DNA of 64,000 nucleotides from an uncultured Alphaproteobacteria bacterium (GTDB taxonomy: Bacteria; Pseudomonadota; Alphaproteobacteria; UBA11222): positions 8,850-72,849 of the forward strand of contig CAMTVX010000017.1 in assembly GCA_947085295.1 (NCBI GenBank), read 5' to 3'. Shown piece by piece: positions 19,026 to 28,758 of the stretch. Below the pieces are notes generated by a model. It was not told the origin of the DNA. It ran no database searches and worked only from the letters and a program-made list of their open reading frames with translations. Position numbers and translations under genes: made by a program. How positions within the stretch are numbered: the first letter of the stretch is position 1; each line of letters starts with the position of its first letter.

Positions 19026-20867
19026 ATGTCGAAACCCACACTTCTAGTCACGGGCGCTACTGGCGAGATCGGCCGCTGGCTGGTGCTGCATCTGCTGCGC
19101 GATGGTCACCAGGTTGCAGCGATGGCGCGACACCCCGCCGTCGCTGTCAAAATGCTGGATGCATGGCTGGCGCGCCACGATATGGCGTCAGACAATCTGC
19201 ACTGGATCACGGGCGATATTGATCAGGCGGATTTGGGCCTTGCGTCATCAGATCGGGCGCAACTTGACGACGTGCGGTTTGTCTATCATCTGGCCGCGCG
19301 CTTTGGCTGGGGGCTTGACGCAACCTCCGCGCATCGCAGCAATGTCGTGGGCGCTGAGGCGGCATTTGATCTGGCGCGCAGTCTGCCAAAACTTGAAGGC
19401 TTTGTGCAATGTTCCGGCTATATGGCGGATTCTGCGGAAAATCTGCGCCAGCTTGGTATCGAACATGGCGGTGGTGTCGCGCCATGCCGAAATTTCACGC
19501 CGGATATTGAACATCGCCTGTACCAGCAGCGCGGCGCCTATGAAGCGAGCAAGTTGATACAGGATTTCCGCATGCGGCAGCTTGCCCAGCAGCATGGGGT
19601 ACCGCTGACAATCATCAATCCGGCGACCATCATCGGCGATGCGCGCGATGGGGAATTAGGCCAGATGCTGGGCGTTGCCGGACTGGTGGAACAGCTTTGG
19701 CGCGGTATGCTGTCGGCGGTGCCGGGCAAAGCGCAGGATTGGTTTCCACTGGTGCCGGTCGATTATGTTGGCGCGTTCATGGCGCGCGTACCCTTTCTGG
19801 CGCAGGCGCGCAATGCCAGCTTTACGTTATTGGATCAATCGACGCCGCGCCTGAAGCCGCTCGTCGGGTTCATCGCAGATCACATAGGTGTCAAAGCACC
19901 GCAAAGCCATATACCGGTTGGACTGCTGCGCGCGCTGCTAAAACTTGGTCTGGATAAAATCACCGGTGCGACCCCCGAAACGCTGGATTTTCTGGTTGAT
20001 TATAAATTTGATACAGCCACGGCAGATCAGGCTGCCGCCGCAATTGGCCTGACGATGCCGCCGCTTTTTCCAGTGGTCGCAAAAACCGTTGATCATCTTA
20101 TTGCTAAACGCTTTGGCGCGGCGGTGCCGCAACTATCGTCGCGCGCCGGGTACCACAAAATATCTGGTGCGCCAAATTTTCAGATCACCCGCGACGAGAC
20201 AAAACCAGCGCGTCTGATACTGCTGCACGGACTACCGTTGGATGCCAATAGCTGGCTGCCAATGCTGCAACATCTTGATGCGCCTGCGCTTGCGCCCGAT
20301 ATGCCGCAACTTGGGCGTAACCGGGCAAGGCCGGATGCCGTGCGCTGGATGGACGGAGTGTTGGCGCAGGCGGATACAAAACCCATTCTGGTGGGGCATT
20401 CGCTGGGGTGTCTCTATGCGTTGCGCGCGGCTGCACGCCATCCCGACCGGATTGGCGCCGTGGTGCTGATCTCGCCTTTCTTCCTGCAAAAGCAGGCGCC
20501 CTGGGTGGCGCGCGCCCCCCTGTTGGGGCCGTTGGTATTTGGCGCGGTAACGGCCGGTTTAATCCGCGATCTGCCGGGTGATGCGGAGGCCCGCGAGAGC
20601 GCAGCGTTTTCTGCCGCAAAACCCGGCGGCAAAACCGCAATGGCCCACGCCTTGCGCGGGGCGACCCGGCCATTGGTCAGTAAAGAACTAAAGGACATTC
20701 TGCAAAATTTGCGCATACCGGTGCTGATCCTTCATGGGGAACAGGATGCGCTGGTGACGCAACCTGCGGGTGTTGCGGTTGAATGTATCCCGGAGGCCGG
20801 TCATCATCCGCAGCTTAGCCATCCGGCGCTAATCGCTGGACACATCGCCCGCTTCATGGCGGCATAG
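19026..20867 (+). CDS. Fusion protein: N-terminal NAD(P)-binding SDR/epimerase-like (thioester-reductase-like) domain plus C-terminal alpha/beta-hydrolase
   Basis: The N-terminus has LVTGATGEIGRWLVLHLL (TGxxGxxG). The C-terminal half has the ILVGHSLGCLYAL nucleophile elbow (GxSxG) and the HGEQD region. A single ORF of 613 aa. Confidence 0.65.
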   Translation: MSKPTLLVTGATGEIGRWLVLHLLRDGHQVAAMARHPAVAVKMLDAWLARHDMASDNLHWITGDIDQADLGLASSDRAQLDDVRFVYHLAARFGWGLDATSAHRSNVVGAEAAFDLARSLPKLEGFVQCSGYMADSAENLRQLGIEHGGGVAPCRNFTPDIEHRLYQQRGAYEASKLIQDFRMRQLAQQHGVPLTIINPATIIGDARDGELGQMLGVAGLVEQLWRGMLSAVPGKAQDWFPLVPVDYVGAFMARVPFLAQARNASFTLLDQSTPRLKPLVGFIADHIGVKAPQSHIPVGLLRALLKLGLDKITGATPETLDFLVDYKFDTATADQAAAAIGLTMPPLFPVVAKTVDHLIAKRFGAAVPQLSSRAGYHKISGAPNFQITRDETKPARLILLHGLPLDANSWLPMLQHLDAPALAPDMPQLGRNRARPDAVRWMDGVLAQADTKPILVGHSLGCLYALRAAARHPDRIGAVVLISPFFLQKQAPWVARAPLLGPLVFGAVTAGLIRDLPGDAEARESAAFSAAKPGGKTAMAHALRGATRPLVSKELKDILQNLRIPVLILHGEQDALVTQPAGVAVECIPEAGHHPQLSHPALIAGHIARFMAA

Positions 20868-20974
20868 ATGGACTAATCTAAAATCTGTTTACCTTCTTCC
20901 TGGTTCGTCGCATCATGGGCGCTCGCGTGTGCGACAGCGTCTAATAATAACAGCACTCATCAGGGAGAACTGAC

Positions 20975-21943
20975 ATGACTGTAAATTCAGCAACCGGAAC
21001 CATCAAACCGGAGGACTTGGGCTTTACACTGGTGCATGAGCATCTTTCGGTCGGCTGGCCCGGCTGGGAACTGGATCCCAAGGATATTGACCGCAAAAAA
21101 GAAATCGCCAGCGCCGTGGTCAAGATGAAAGAGATCAAGGAGCTTGGAGTTAAAAGCATTGTTGATCCCTGCCCGATGGACTTGGGCCGCGATGTGGAAT
21201 TCGCCGCAGAGGTTTCGGATAAATCCGGCGTCAATGTGATTGTGGCGACGGGTCTGTATAACGACGCGCTGGGCATTCCGCCGCATTTCCGCATGATGGA
21301 CATTGATGGCATTGCCGAGATTTATGCGCATGAAATTCAGGAAGGCGTCGGCAAGACCGGCATCCGTGCGGGCCTGATCAAGGTGGCGTCCGGCGGCATT
21401 CATGGCGTTACGCCGCAGGGACAGGGCATTACCAAAATTGAGGAAAAATGCATGCGCGCCGCTGCGCGTGCGCATCGCAAAACCGGTGTACCGATCCTGT
21501 GCCATAATGATGAATTCGATCCGCATGGCTCGCACACGCTGGACATTTTTGAGGAAGAAGGCGTCGATTTCAACAAAGTGATGATCGGCCATTCCTGTGG
21601 TGTGGGCGATATGCGTTATTATTTCGAAATTCTGCAACGCGGCGCCTGGCTTGGTTTTGACCGCTTCGGAATTGAAACCATCTGTTCCGACAAGATGCGC
21701 ATGGCGTCGCTGATCGGCCTGCTTGGTGTTGGCTTTGACCGCATCATGTTGTCGCATGATGCGCTGCATTGCTGGCGCGGGCGCGACACCGGGGTGCTGG
21801 ACGGCATGATGAAGGGATCGCCGAACTGGAATTTCTCGCACATCTCGCGCAATATTCTGCCTGCACTACGCAAGTCTGGTATTCCAGATGCGCAGATCAA
21901 TACGCTGACCACCAACAATCCCATGAACTATTTCAAAAAATAG
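20975..21943 (+). CDS. Phosphotriesterase-related protein (PTE-like lactonase), paralog 2
   Basis: About 70% identical by eye to the 16332 protein. It has GFTLVHEHL, CHNDE and LSHDALH, and the same length of 322 aa. Confidence 0.8.
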   Translation: MTVNSATGTIKPEDLGFTLVHEHLSVGWPGWELDPKDIDRKKEIASAVVKMKEIKELGVKSIVDPCPMDLGRDVEFAAEVSDKSGVNVIVATGLYNDALGIPPHFRMMDIDGIAEIYAHEIQEGVGKTGIRAGLIKVASGGIHGVTPQGQGITKIEEKCMRAAARAHRKTGVPILCHNDEFDPHGSHTLDIFEEEGVDFNKVMIGHSCGVGDMRYYFEILQRGAWLGFDRFGIETICSDKMRMASLIGLLGVGFDRIMLSHDALHCWRGRDTGVLDGMMKGSPNWNFSHISRNILPALRKSGIPDAQINTLTTNNPMNYFKK

Positions 21944-21952
21944 GAGCCTGAC

Positions 21953-22708
21953 ATGGCCGGAAGACTTGAAGGAAAAGTAGTCCTGATCAGCGGCGGCGCC
22001 AGCGGTATCGGCGAGGCGCATGCGCACGCCTTCGCCGCTGAGGGCGCGAAAGTGCTGATCGGCGACATCCAGGAAAAAATGGGAAAGGACGTGGCGGACG
22101 CGATTGGCATCACCAATAGCGGCGGTCAGGCAGCCTTCACCAATCTGGATGTGTCCAGCGAAGCAAGCTGGAATGACGCGGTCAAAAAGGCCGTGAACCT
22201 GTATGGCAAGCTGACCACGCTGATCAACAATGCGGGCATTGGCATGGTGGGCGGCGTCACCACGGAAAGCCAGGAAAGCTGGGATAAAACTATCGCAGTC
22301 AATCAAAAGGGTGTGTGGTACGGCATGAAAACCGCCATCCCGGAAATGCTGAAGGCGGGCGGTGGCGCGATTGTCAATATTTCATCCGTTTACGGAATTA
22401 TTGGCAGTCCGGGCATGTTGTCCTATCACGCCTCCAAGGGCGCGGTGCGGCTGATGTCCAAGGCGGCGGCGCTGGAATACGCCACCAAAGGCATTCGCAT
22501 CAATTCGGTGCATCCGGGTATAATCGCAACGCCATTGGCGAAGACCCTGCCAAAAGAAGCCATCGACGATATCTTTTCCAAAACACCGATGGGCCGCTTT
22601 GGCAAGCCGGTGGAAATCGCCTATGGTTCGCTGTTCCTGTGCTCGGACGAAGCTTCGTTCATCACCGGCGCGGAACTGGTCATCGATGGCGGCTGGACCG
22701 CGCAATAA
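21953..22708 (+). CDS. SDR-family oxidoreductase, paralog 2
   Basis: About 85-90% identical to the 17311 protein. It has VVLISGGASGIGEA and SYHASKGAV. The same gene order downstream of a PTE-like gene. Confidence 0.85.
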   Translation: MAGRLEGKVVLISGGASGIGEAHAHAFAAEGAKVLIGDIQEKMGKDVADAIGITNSGGQAAFTNLDVSSEASWNDAVKKAVNLYGKLTTLINNAGIGMVGGVTTESQESWDKTIAVNQKGVWYGMKTAIPEMLKAGGGAIVNISSVYGIIGSPGMLSYHASKGAVRLMSKAAALEYATKGIRINSVHPGIIATPLAKTLPKEAIDDIFSKTPMGRFGKPVEIAYGSLFLCSDEASFITGAELVIDGGWTAQ

Positions 22709-22725
22709 CACTCAAGGAACGCACC

Positions 22726-23343
22726 ATGGGCCTGTATGAAAAATATTTTCTGCCAAAACTGATCAACTGTGCCTGTGGTGCGAAACCCATTATGCACCAG
22801 CGCGCCAAAGTGGTGCCGCTGGCGCGGGGCCGTGTTCTGGAAATTGGTTCAGGCGCGGGGCACAACATTCCCTATTATGACGGCGCCAAGGTTGACATGC
22901 TGTACGCGCTGGAACCATCGGATGAAATGCGCGCCCTGGCGGCGGATCGTGTCGCCAAGGCGCCGTTCAAGGTGGAGTTTATCGATCTTCCCGGTGAAAA
23001 TATTCCGCTGGAAGACAAAAGCGTCGATACGGTGGTGACGACATTTACGCTCTGCACCATTCCCGATACGCTGACGGCGTTGCGTGGCATGCTGCGGGTG
23101 CTTCGGCCTGATGGACAGCTTCTGTTTTGCGAACATGGCATTGCCCCCGACGCCTCGGTCGCCAAATGGCAGAACCGGATCAACCCGTTCTGGAAACCCA
23201 TTGGTGGCGGCTGTAACATCAACCGGGCCATTCCAAAGCTGATTGAGGATGCTGGATTCAAGATCAATGACTTGCAGACCATGTATCTGCCCGGAACGCC
23301 CCGCATCATGGCCTATAATTACTGGGGTTCCGCGCGCCGTTAA
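22726..23343 (+). CDS. Class I SAM-dependent methyltransferase (Methyltransf_11-like)
   Basis: Motif I is RVLEIGSGAGHN. Post I is D..YALEPSDEM. The RVLRPDGQLLFCEHG motif is present. An aaggaa RBS precedes the ATG at 22726. Confidence 0.7.
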   Translation: MGLYEKYFLPKLINCACGAKPIMHQRAKVVPLARGRVLEIGSGAGHNIPYYDGAKVDMLYALEPSDEMRALAADRVAKAPFKVEFIDLPGENIPLEDKSVDTVVTTFTLCTIPDTLTALRGMLRVLRPDGQLLFCEHGIAPDASVAKWQNRINPFWKPIGGGCNINRAIPKLIEDAGFKINDLQTMYLPGTPRIMAYNYWGSARR

Positions 23344-23442
23344 CCTTTTATTATGCGCGTCATGGTTTTGTATATCTGATCTATACAACCAAGCATGGGG
23401 ATGTCTGGGCGTGGGACGCCGCAATAGCGGCGAGAGTTTTGC

Positions 23443-23949
23443 GTGGCGGATAATCCTCTTTCCGGACTAAGCGTTCTAATCGTTGATGATCACGCAAACA
23501 TGCGCAAGATCGTGAATACGATCCTGCACGCACTGGGCATCCAGTATGTCTATGAGGCCATTGATGGCGCGGACGGGTTCGAGGCGATGCGGGCCTATAA
23601 CCCCGATGTTGTGATTGTCGATTGGGAAATGCCGGGCATCGACGGCATCGAATTCACGGAGCTTATCCGCAAGGCCAGCGACAGCCCAAATCAGTATGTA
23701 CCAATCATTTTTTTAACCAGCTATTCCGATCGCAAGCATGTGTGCAGTGCGCGCGATGTGGGTGTCACAGAATTTCTGGCCAAGCCCGTATCCGTTAGTG
23801 CTATTTATCTGCGTCTGATGTCGATCATCAACAGACCGCGCCCCTTTGTCAACGCACGAGGCTATTTTGGCCCCTGTCGCCGACGCCAGAAAATCAAGGA
23901 TTACACAGGCCGCGAAAGACGTGTTGCTGGCATTACGGTGAACACCTGA
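23443..23949 (+). CDS. Single-domain response regulator (CheY-like receiver) with a basic C-terminal tail
   Basis: LIVDDHANMRK carries the acidic pair. The phospho-acceptor Asp is in VVIVDWEMPGIDG. The conserved T/S is in IIFLTSY and the conserved K in AKP. GTG start. Confidence 0.7.
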   Translation: MADNPLSGLSVLIVDDHANMRKIVNTILHALGIQYVYEAIDGADGFEAMRAYNPDVVIVDWEMPGIDGIEFTELIRKASDSPNQYVPIIFLTSYSDRKHVCSARDVGVTEFLAKPVSVSAIYLRLMSIINRPRPFVNARGYFGPCRRRQKIKDYTGRERRVAGITVNT

Positions 23950-24054
23950 CTGCGTCAAAATATCCCGTCCCCGCTGACCTGCACTTTCATTCGGATGCCT
24001 GCTGCATTAGGGTAATCCGTCAGAAAGTAAATTCACACATGGCGGCAAATATAA

Positions 24055-24780
24055 ATGCGCAGGGAACATCGTCCATATCTGCTGAAGCGTCTGGTGGCTT
24101 ATTTCACCGATGCCTGGGCGCGGCATTTTCTTGTACCGTCATTTGACAGTATCGGCCCCGGCCACAAAATACTCAGCCCCTGGAGTGTCAGCATTTTTGG
24201 CGAAAATATTTCGGCGGGACGCAATCTGCATCTATTGTCGGCGCGCTTTGCCCCGGTGCAGCTATGCGTCTGGCGAGGCGAAGACAGCAATGGTGAAATC
24301 CGTATCGGTGATCATTGTCTTATCTGCCCCGGTGTTCGGCTATCCTCGGCCAGCAGCATCATTATTGGCGACAATTGCATGTTCGCCTATGGGGTATATC
24401 TAACCGACGCGGACTGGCACGATATTTATGACCGCACAAAATCCATTGGCGCCAGCGCACCCATCATTGTTGGCAATAATGTCTGGTTTGGCGATGGCGC
24501 CTTTGTCGCCAAGGGCGTAACCATAGGCGATAACGCCATCATCGGCGCGCGTGCGGTGGTGGTGAATGATGTTCCGGCAAACTGTGTGGCAGCGGGCAAT
24601 CCGGCCAAAGTGGTCAAACAGCTTGATCCCGATCACGAGATAAAAGTGCGCGCCAGCCTGTTTCATCTGTCCCCGGATGATTTCGTCCGCTGGGAATCTT
24701 CCATGGATAAAGTGTTTACATCTGAAAATAGCTGGTCAGGCTGGTTGCGCGCGGTGTTTTTTCCCAGGGCAGGCGATTGA
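24055..24780 (+). CDS. Left-handed beta-helix (hexapeptide-repeat) acyl/acetyltransferase
   Basis: Tandem hexapeptide repeats run through IGDHCLICPGVRLSS...IGDNCMFAYGVYLTD...VGNNVWFGDGAFVAKGVTIGDNAIIGARAVVVNDVPANCVAAGNPAKV. This is maltose/galactoside O-acetyltransferase-like. Confidence 0.65.
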   Translation: MRREHRPYLLKRLVAYFTDAWARHFLVPSFDSIGPGHKILSPWSVSIFGENISAGRNLHLLSARFAPVQLCVWRGEDSNGEIRIGDHCLICPGVRLSSASSIIIGDNCMFAYGVYLTDADWHDIYDRTKSIGASAPIIVGNNVWFGDGAFVAKGVTIGDNAIIGARAVVVNDVPANCVAAGNPAKVVKQLDPDHEIKVRASLFHLSPDDFVRWESSMDKVFTSENSWSGWLRAVFFPRAGD

Positions 24781-26267
24781 TGCAGGACGGTTCACCCCCC
24801 CAACAGGCGATTATCATTGGCGCTGGTTTTACCGGTCTTGCGGCGGCGCTGGCGCTGGGGAATCTTGGCTGGCATGTGCGGGTGATTGAACGTGATGGCG
24901 CACCGCCCGAAGGTGGCCCGGAGGCTGCTTTTTCCGACTGGGCGCGGCGCGGCGTTGCCCAGATGCGTCACAGTCATGTTTTTCTGGCGCGCCTGACAAA
25001 TCTGCTGCGCGATCATTATCCGGGCCTGCTTGCGGATATGCAAAATTCCGGGTGCCGCATTCTGGAGTTTCAGGACGGTCTGCCACAAGGCCTGCTTGCC
25101 GGCTATGTTGCGGTACCTGAAGACGCTGATCTCAGTTTTGTTTCGGGTCGCCGGATAACGCTGGAACTGGTTCTGCGACGGCATGTGGCGGCGATGCGCA
25201 ATGTGGAAATCATGCACGGCAATAAAGTGCACGGTCTGCTTTATGACGCGCACGCCACATCAATTTGCGTCACGGGCGTGGAACTGGAAAATGAAAACGC
25301 CACGCGGCCCTTGCATGCGGATCTGATCATAGATGCATCAGGGCGCGGATCACGCAGCCTCGCATGGCTGGAAAAAGCCGGTGCAACTGTACAGGAAGAA
25401 ACCGCACCCGCCGGCATCGTGTATTTTACACGGCATTACCGTTTGCGCCCGGATATGCAAGAACCACCGCGCAGCAATCATCCATCTGTCGGCGATCTTG
25501 GATATATAAAATATGGCGTTTTCCGCGCTGACAATGGCTGGTTTTCACTAACCCTGGCCGTTCCGGATATTGAGGTGGAATTGTGCGAGGCCATTCGTGC
25601 GCCGGAAGTTTTCGATCATATCTGCGCATTGCTGCCCGGTGTTGCGCCCTGGACCGATACGGCGCGATCCGAACCTATGTCACAGGTTTTTGTGATGGGC
25701 GGTTTGCGCAGCCACTGGCGGCATTTTACCCCGCAGGGCAATCCCCTGGCGTTGAATTATTTTGTTATTGGCGATGGCGCGGTGTGCAGCAATCCGCTCT
25801 ATGGCCGGGGTTGCTCGGCGGGTTTTTTGCAGGCGCATTTGCTGGCCGGGATTTGCGCACAAAACAGCAATCCGTTTGAGCGCGCCCTACAATTCGATTT
25901 AATGATGCGCCGCGAAATCCGTCCCTATCATGATCTGATGGTCAAACAGGACGCGCAGTCGATCCGCCGCGCCGATGCCCTGCGCAACGAAAATTACCAG
26001 CCTGGTTTGCGCGCGCGCATGGCGCGGCATTTTTTTGAAGATGGCATTCGCCCGGCATCGCGCGGCGATATCAAGGTGATGCGCGCATTGATGCGCGGCT
26101 TTCATATGCTGGAAAACCCCAATCTGGCCTTGCAGGACCCGGACATCCTCTTGCGCATCGGTTGGTATCTGCTACGCGGACGCGGGCGCAATGCTGCACT
26201 GCTTGGACCGCCCCTTGGACCGGAACGAATTGAGATGATGGAAAAACTGTCTTTATCCGGGAGATAA
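24780..26267 (+). CDS. FAD-dependent oxidoreductase (flavin monooxygenase / geranylgeranyl-reductase-like fold)
   Basis: The N-terminal AIIIGAGFTGLAAALAL is a GxGxxG dinucleotide-binding motif, followed by VIER. The GD-type motif VIGDGAV lies distally. The ATG overlaps the upstream stop by 1 nt. Confidence 0.6.
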   Translation: MQDGSPPQQAIIIGAGFTGLAAALALGNLGWHVRVIERDGAPPEGGPEAAFSDWARRGVAQMRHSHVFLARLTNLLRDHYPGLLADMQNSGCRILEFQDGLPQGLLAGYVAVPEDADLSFVSGRRITLELVLRRHVAAMRNVEIMHGNKVHGLLYDAHATSICVTGVELENENATRPLHADLIIDASGRGSRSLAWLEKAGATVQEETAPAGIVYFTRHYRLRPDMQEPPRSNHPSVGDLGYIKYGVFRADNGWFSLTLAVPDIEVELCEAIRAPEVFDHICALLPGVAPWTDTARSEPMSQVFVMGGLRSHWRHFTPQGNPLALNYFVIGDGAVCSNPLYGRGCSAGFLQAHLLAGICAQNSNPFERALQFDLMMRREIRPYHDLMVKQDAQSIRRADALRNENYQPGLRARMARHFFEDGIRPASRGDIKVMRALMRGFHMLENPNLALQDPDILLRIGWYLLRGRGRNAALLGPPLGPERIEMMEKLSLSGR

Positions 26268-26271
26268 CCAG

Positions 26272-26673
26272 ATGAGTGAAACCCAACCCCTGCTATTCGC
26301 CAATGAGTTTTTTTACCGCGCCTTTGCGGAACGTGACATGAAAGGGCTGGCGGAAATATGGGCCAATGCCCCAAATATTAGCTGCACCCATCCCGGCTGG
26401 AACCCGGTGGTCGGCCGGATTGCGGTTCTGGAAAGCTTCCGCGCGATCATTCAGGGGACAAGTCCGCCCGATCTGCGCTGCCTTGCGCCCAAACCTGTGC
26501 TTTTGGGAGATACCGCCTATGTGCTGTGCCATGAGGCCCTAGGGGGAAACTATCTTGTTGCAACCAATATCTTTATTCGCGAAGGGCGGCTATGGCGGCT
26601 GCATCACCATCATGCCGGACCGGCGGGAAATCCGCCGGAAATAGCGGAATCTTCCCCCGGCCTGATGAATTAA
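26272..26673 (+). CDS. NTF2-like / SnoaL-like (DUF4440-type) small protein
   Basis: 133 aa. FYRAFAERDMKGLAEIWANAP...CTHPGW is typical of ketosteroid-isomerase-like NTF2-fold proteins. The gene is tightly coupled to the upstream oxidoreductase. Confidence 0.5.
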   Translation: MSETQPLLFANEFFYRAFAERDMKGLAEIWANAPNISCTHPGWNPVVGRIAVLESFRAIIQGTSPPDLRCLAPKPVLLGDTAYVLCHEALGGNYLVATNIFIREGRLWRLHHHHAGPAGNPPEIAESSPGLMN

Positions 26674-26736
26674 GGATCATGGGGGCTTGCTTTTGAATCG
26701 AATATGAACAATTTTGTTCGTTTTTTAGGATCGCAC

Positions 26737-28050
26737 ATGAATATAGAGACTATACAAGGCACCCTGCGCAATCACGGGATAAACCCCAAATTGCCGCACC
26801 GCGAAAGGCCATTGCGCATTCTGTTGCCCAGCTATCGCAGCGATCCCTATACGGGCGGCCAAGGCGTCTATATGCGCCATTTCAGCCGCGCGCTGGTGGA
26901 TATGGGGCATCATGTGGATGTGATTTCCGGTCCGCCCTATCCCCATCTGGATCCGCGTGTGGGGCTGATCAAGCTGCCGTCGCTGGATCTGTATGCGGCG
27001 CCTTATCCCTCGTTCGGGCTGCCCCGCGCGCGCTGGAAAAATCCGGTGGACTGGGCGGAATATTTTATCCACATGTCGGGCGGGTTTCCCGAAATCTACA
27101 CCTTTGGCCGCCGTCTGGCGGATTATATGAAGGACAAGGTGCAGGATTATGATCTGGTGCATGATAATCAGACCATCTGTCCCGGCCTGCTGGATTTACA
27201 GCGCATGGGGCTGCCGGTTGTCAGCATTATCCATCATCCGATCACCATGGACCGCAAGCTGGCGATCGAAGCGCAGACAAACCCGTTTTATAAATTTCTG
27301 TCCTGGCGCTGGCATCGCTTTGTAAAGATGCAAATTCGTGTGGCGCGGCAATTGCCCAATATTATTGCCGTGTCAAAATCCACCCATCGCGATCTGATGG
27401 CGCAGTTCGGCGTGAAACCTGAACAGATGGAAATTATTTTTGAAGGCATTGATTGCGAAACCTTCCGCCCGATGCCGGAAATTGCGCGCAAGCCAAACCG
27501 CCTGATGGCCACGGCCAGCGCTGACGTGGCGTTAAAGGGGCTGGTCTATCTGGTGCGCGCCTATGGAAAATTGCTGAAGGAATTTCCCGATCTTGAACTT
27601 GTCGTGGTTGGAAAGCTGCGTAGCGGTCCAACCGAACGTCTGCTCGATACGCTTGGTATAAAATCAAAAGTGCAATTCGTTACCGGCATTACCGACGATG
27701 AAATCCGGCGGCTATATGCGCAAACCACAGTCGCTGTCAGCCCGTCTTTATACGAAGGCTTTGGCTTTCCGGCGGGCGAGGCGATGGCCTGTGGCGTGCC
27801 TCTCGTCGCAACCACAGGGGGCGCGCTGCCCGAAGTTGTCGGCGATGCGGGCGTGATTGTACCCGCAGGTGACGCCGATGCGCTGGCCGATGCGATTGCC
27901 GATCTGCTGCGCAATCCGGCCAAACGGGACATGCTGGGGCCGCTTGGGCGCGAACGTATTGTGCGTGAATTCAGTTGGCCGCTATGCGCGCGAAATCTGA
28001 CCGAATATTATTACCGATTGCTGGATCGTCATGCGCACCATCGAAATTGA
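26737..28050 (+). CDS. Glycosyltransferase family 4 (GT-B, retaining)
   Basis: The GT4 E-x7-E signature is in SLYEGFGFPAGEAMACGVPLVATTGGALPEVV. The N-terminal GGQGVYMRHFSRALVDMGHHV is GT4-like. About 437 aa. Confidence 0.8.
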   Translation: MNIETIQGTLRNHGINPKLPHRERPLRILLPSYRSDPYTGGQGVYMRHFSRALVDMGHHVDVISGPPYPHLDPRVGLIKLPSLDLYAAPYPSFGLPRARWKNPVDWAEYFIHMSGGFPEIYTFGRRLADYMKDKVQDYDLVHDNQTICPGLLDLQRMGLPVVSIIHHPITMDRKLAIEAQTNPFYKFLSWRWHRFVKMQIRVARQLPNIIAVSKSTHRDLMAQFGVKPEQMEIIFEGIDCETFRPMPEIARKPNRLMATASADVALKGLVYLVRAYGKLLKEFPDLELVVVGKLRSGPTERLLDTLGIKSKVQFVTGITDDEIRRLYAQTTVAVSPSLYEGFGFPAGEAMACGVPLVATTGGALPEVVGDAGVIVPAGDADALADAIADLLRNPAKRDMLGPLGRERIVREFSWPLCARNLTEYYYRLLDRHAHHRN

Positions 28051-28747
28051 CCGGCTCGATATTTCCGATGGGGATGTCGTGCTGGATCTTGGCTGCGGCG
28101 AAGGGCGGCATTTGCATGCGCTCTATTTTGCCAAACGGCTGCATGCGGTAGGGGTCGATCTGGGCTTTGAGGATTTGCGCAAAGCCAGGCTGGGACTGGA
28201 ACTGAACCCGGACCTGGAATCCAACCCGCAACGTCATTGCAGTTTGACACTGGCCGATGCGCTGAAACTTCCGTTTGCGGATGGCTGTTTCGATCTGGTG
28301 CTGTGCTCGGAGGTTCTGGAACATATTCCCGATTACCAAAGCGCGCTGGATGAAATCTACCGGGTGCTGAAACCCGGCGGAACGCTGGCCGTCAGTGTAC
28401 CGCGCACCTGGCCCGAATGGATATGCTGGAAACTCAGCCCCGGCGGTTATGCCAATTCGCCCGGCGGGCATATTCGTATTTTTCGTTCCGGCGTTTTGCG
28501 CCGCGATATAGAACGCCGTGGCTTGCGCTTTACCCGCCGCCATTGGGCACACGGATTGCATTCGCCCTATTGGTGGCTGCAATGTATGATGTGGGACCGC
28601 AAGGAAATATCGCCAACGGTGCAGCTATATAAACGATTTCTGGAATGGGATATTTTGCAGCGGCCGTTATTGACCCGGGCGCTGGATAAAATAACCAGCC
28701 CAATCATGGGCAAAAGCGTCGTCATGTATTTCGCCAGAGCATTATAG
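28031..28747 (+). CDS. Class I SAM-dependent methyltransferase (Methyltransf_11)
   Basis: Motif I is VVLDLGCGEGRH. The post-I D is in VGVDLGFED. LCSEVLEHIPD and LKPGGTLAVSVP are present. The start overlaps the GT4 stop by 20 nt. Confidence 0.75.
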   Translation: MRTIEIDRLDISDGDVVLDLGCGEGRHLHALYFAKRLHAVGVDLGFEDLRKARLGLELNPDLESNPQRHCSLTLADALKLPFADGCFDLVLCSEVLEHIPDYQSALDEIYRVLKPGGTLAVSVPRTWPEWICWKLSPGGYANSPGGHIRIFRSGVLRRDIERRGLRFTRRHWAHGLHSPYWWLQCMMWDRKEISPTVQLYKRFLEWDILQRPLLTRALDKITSPIMGKSVVMYFARAL

Positions 28748-28758
28748 GAAGCAGGAAA

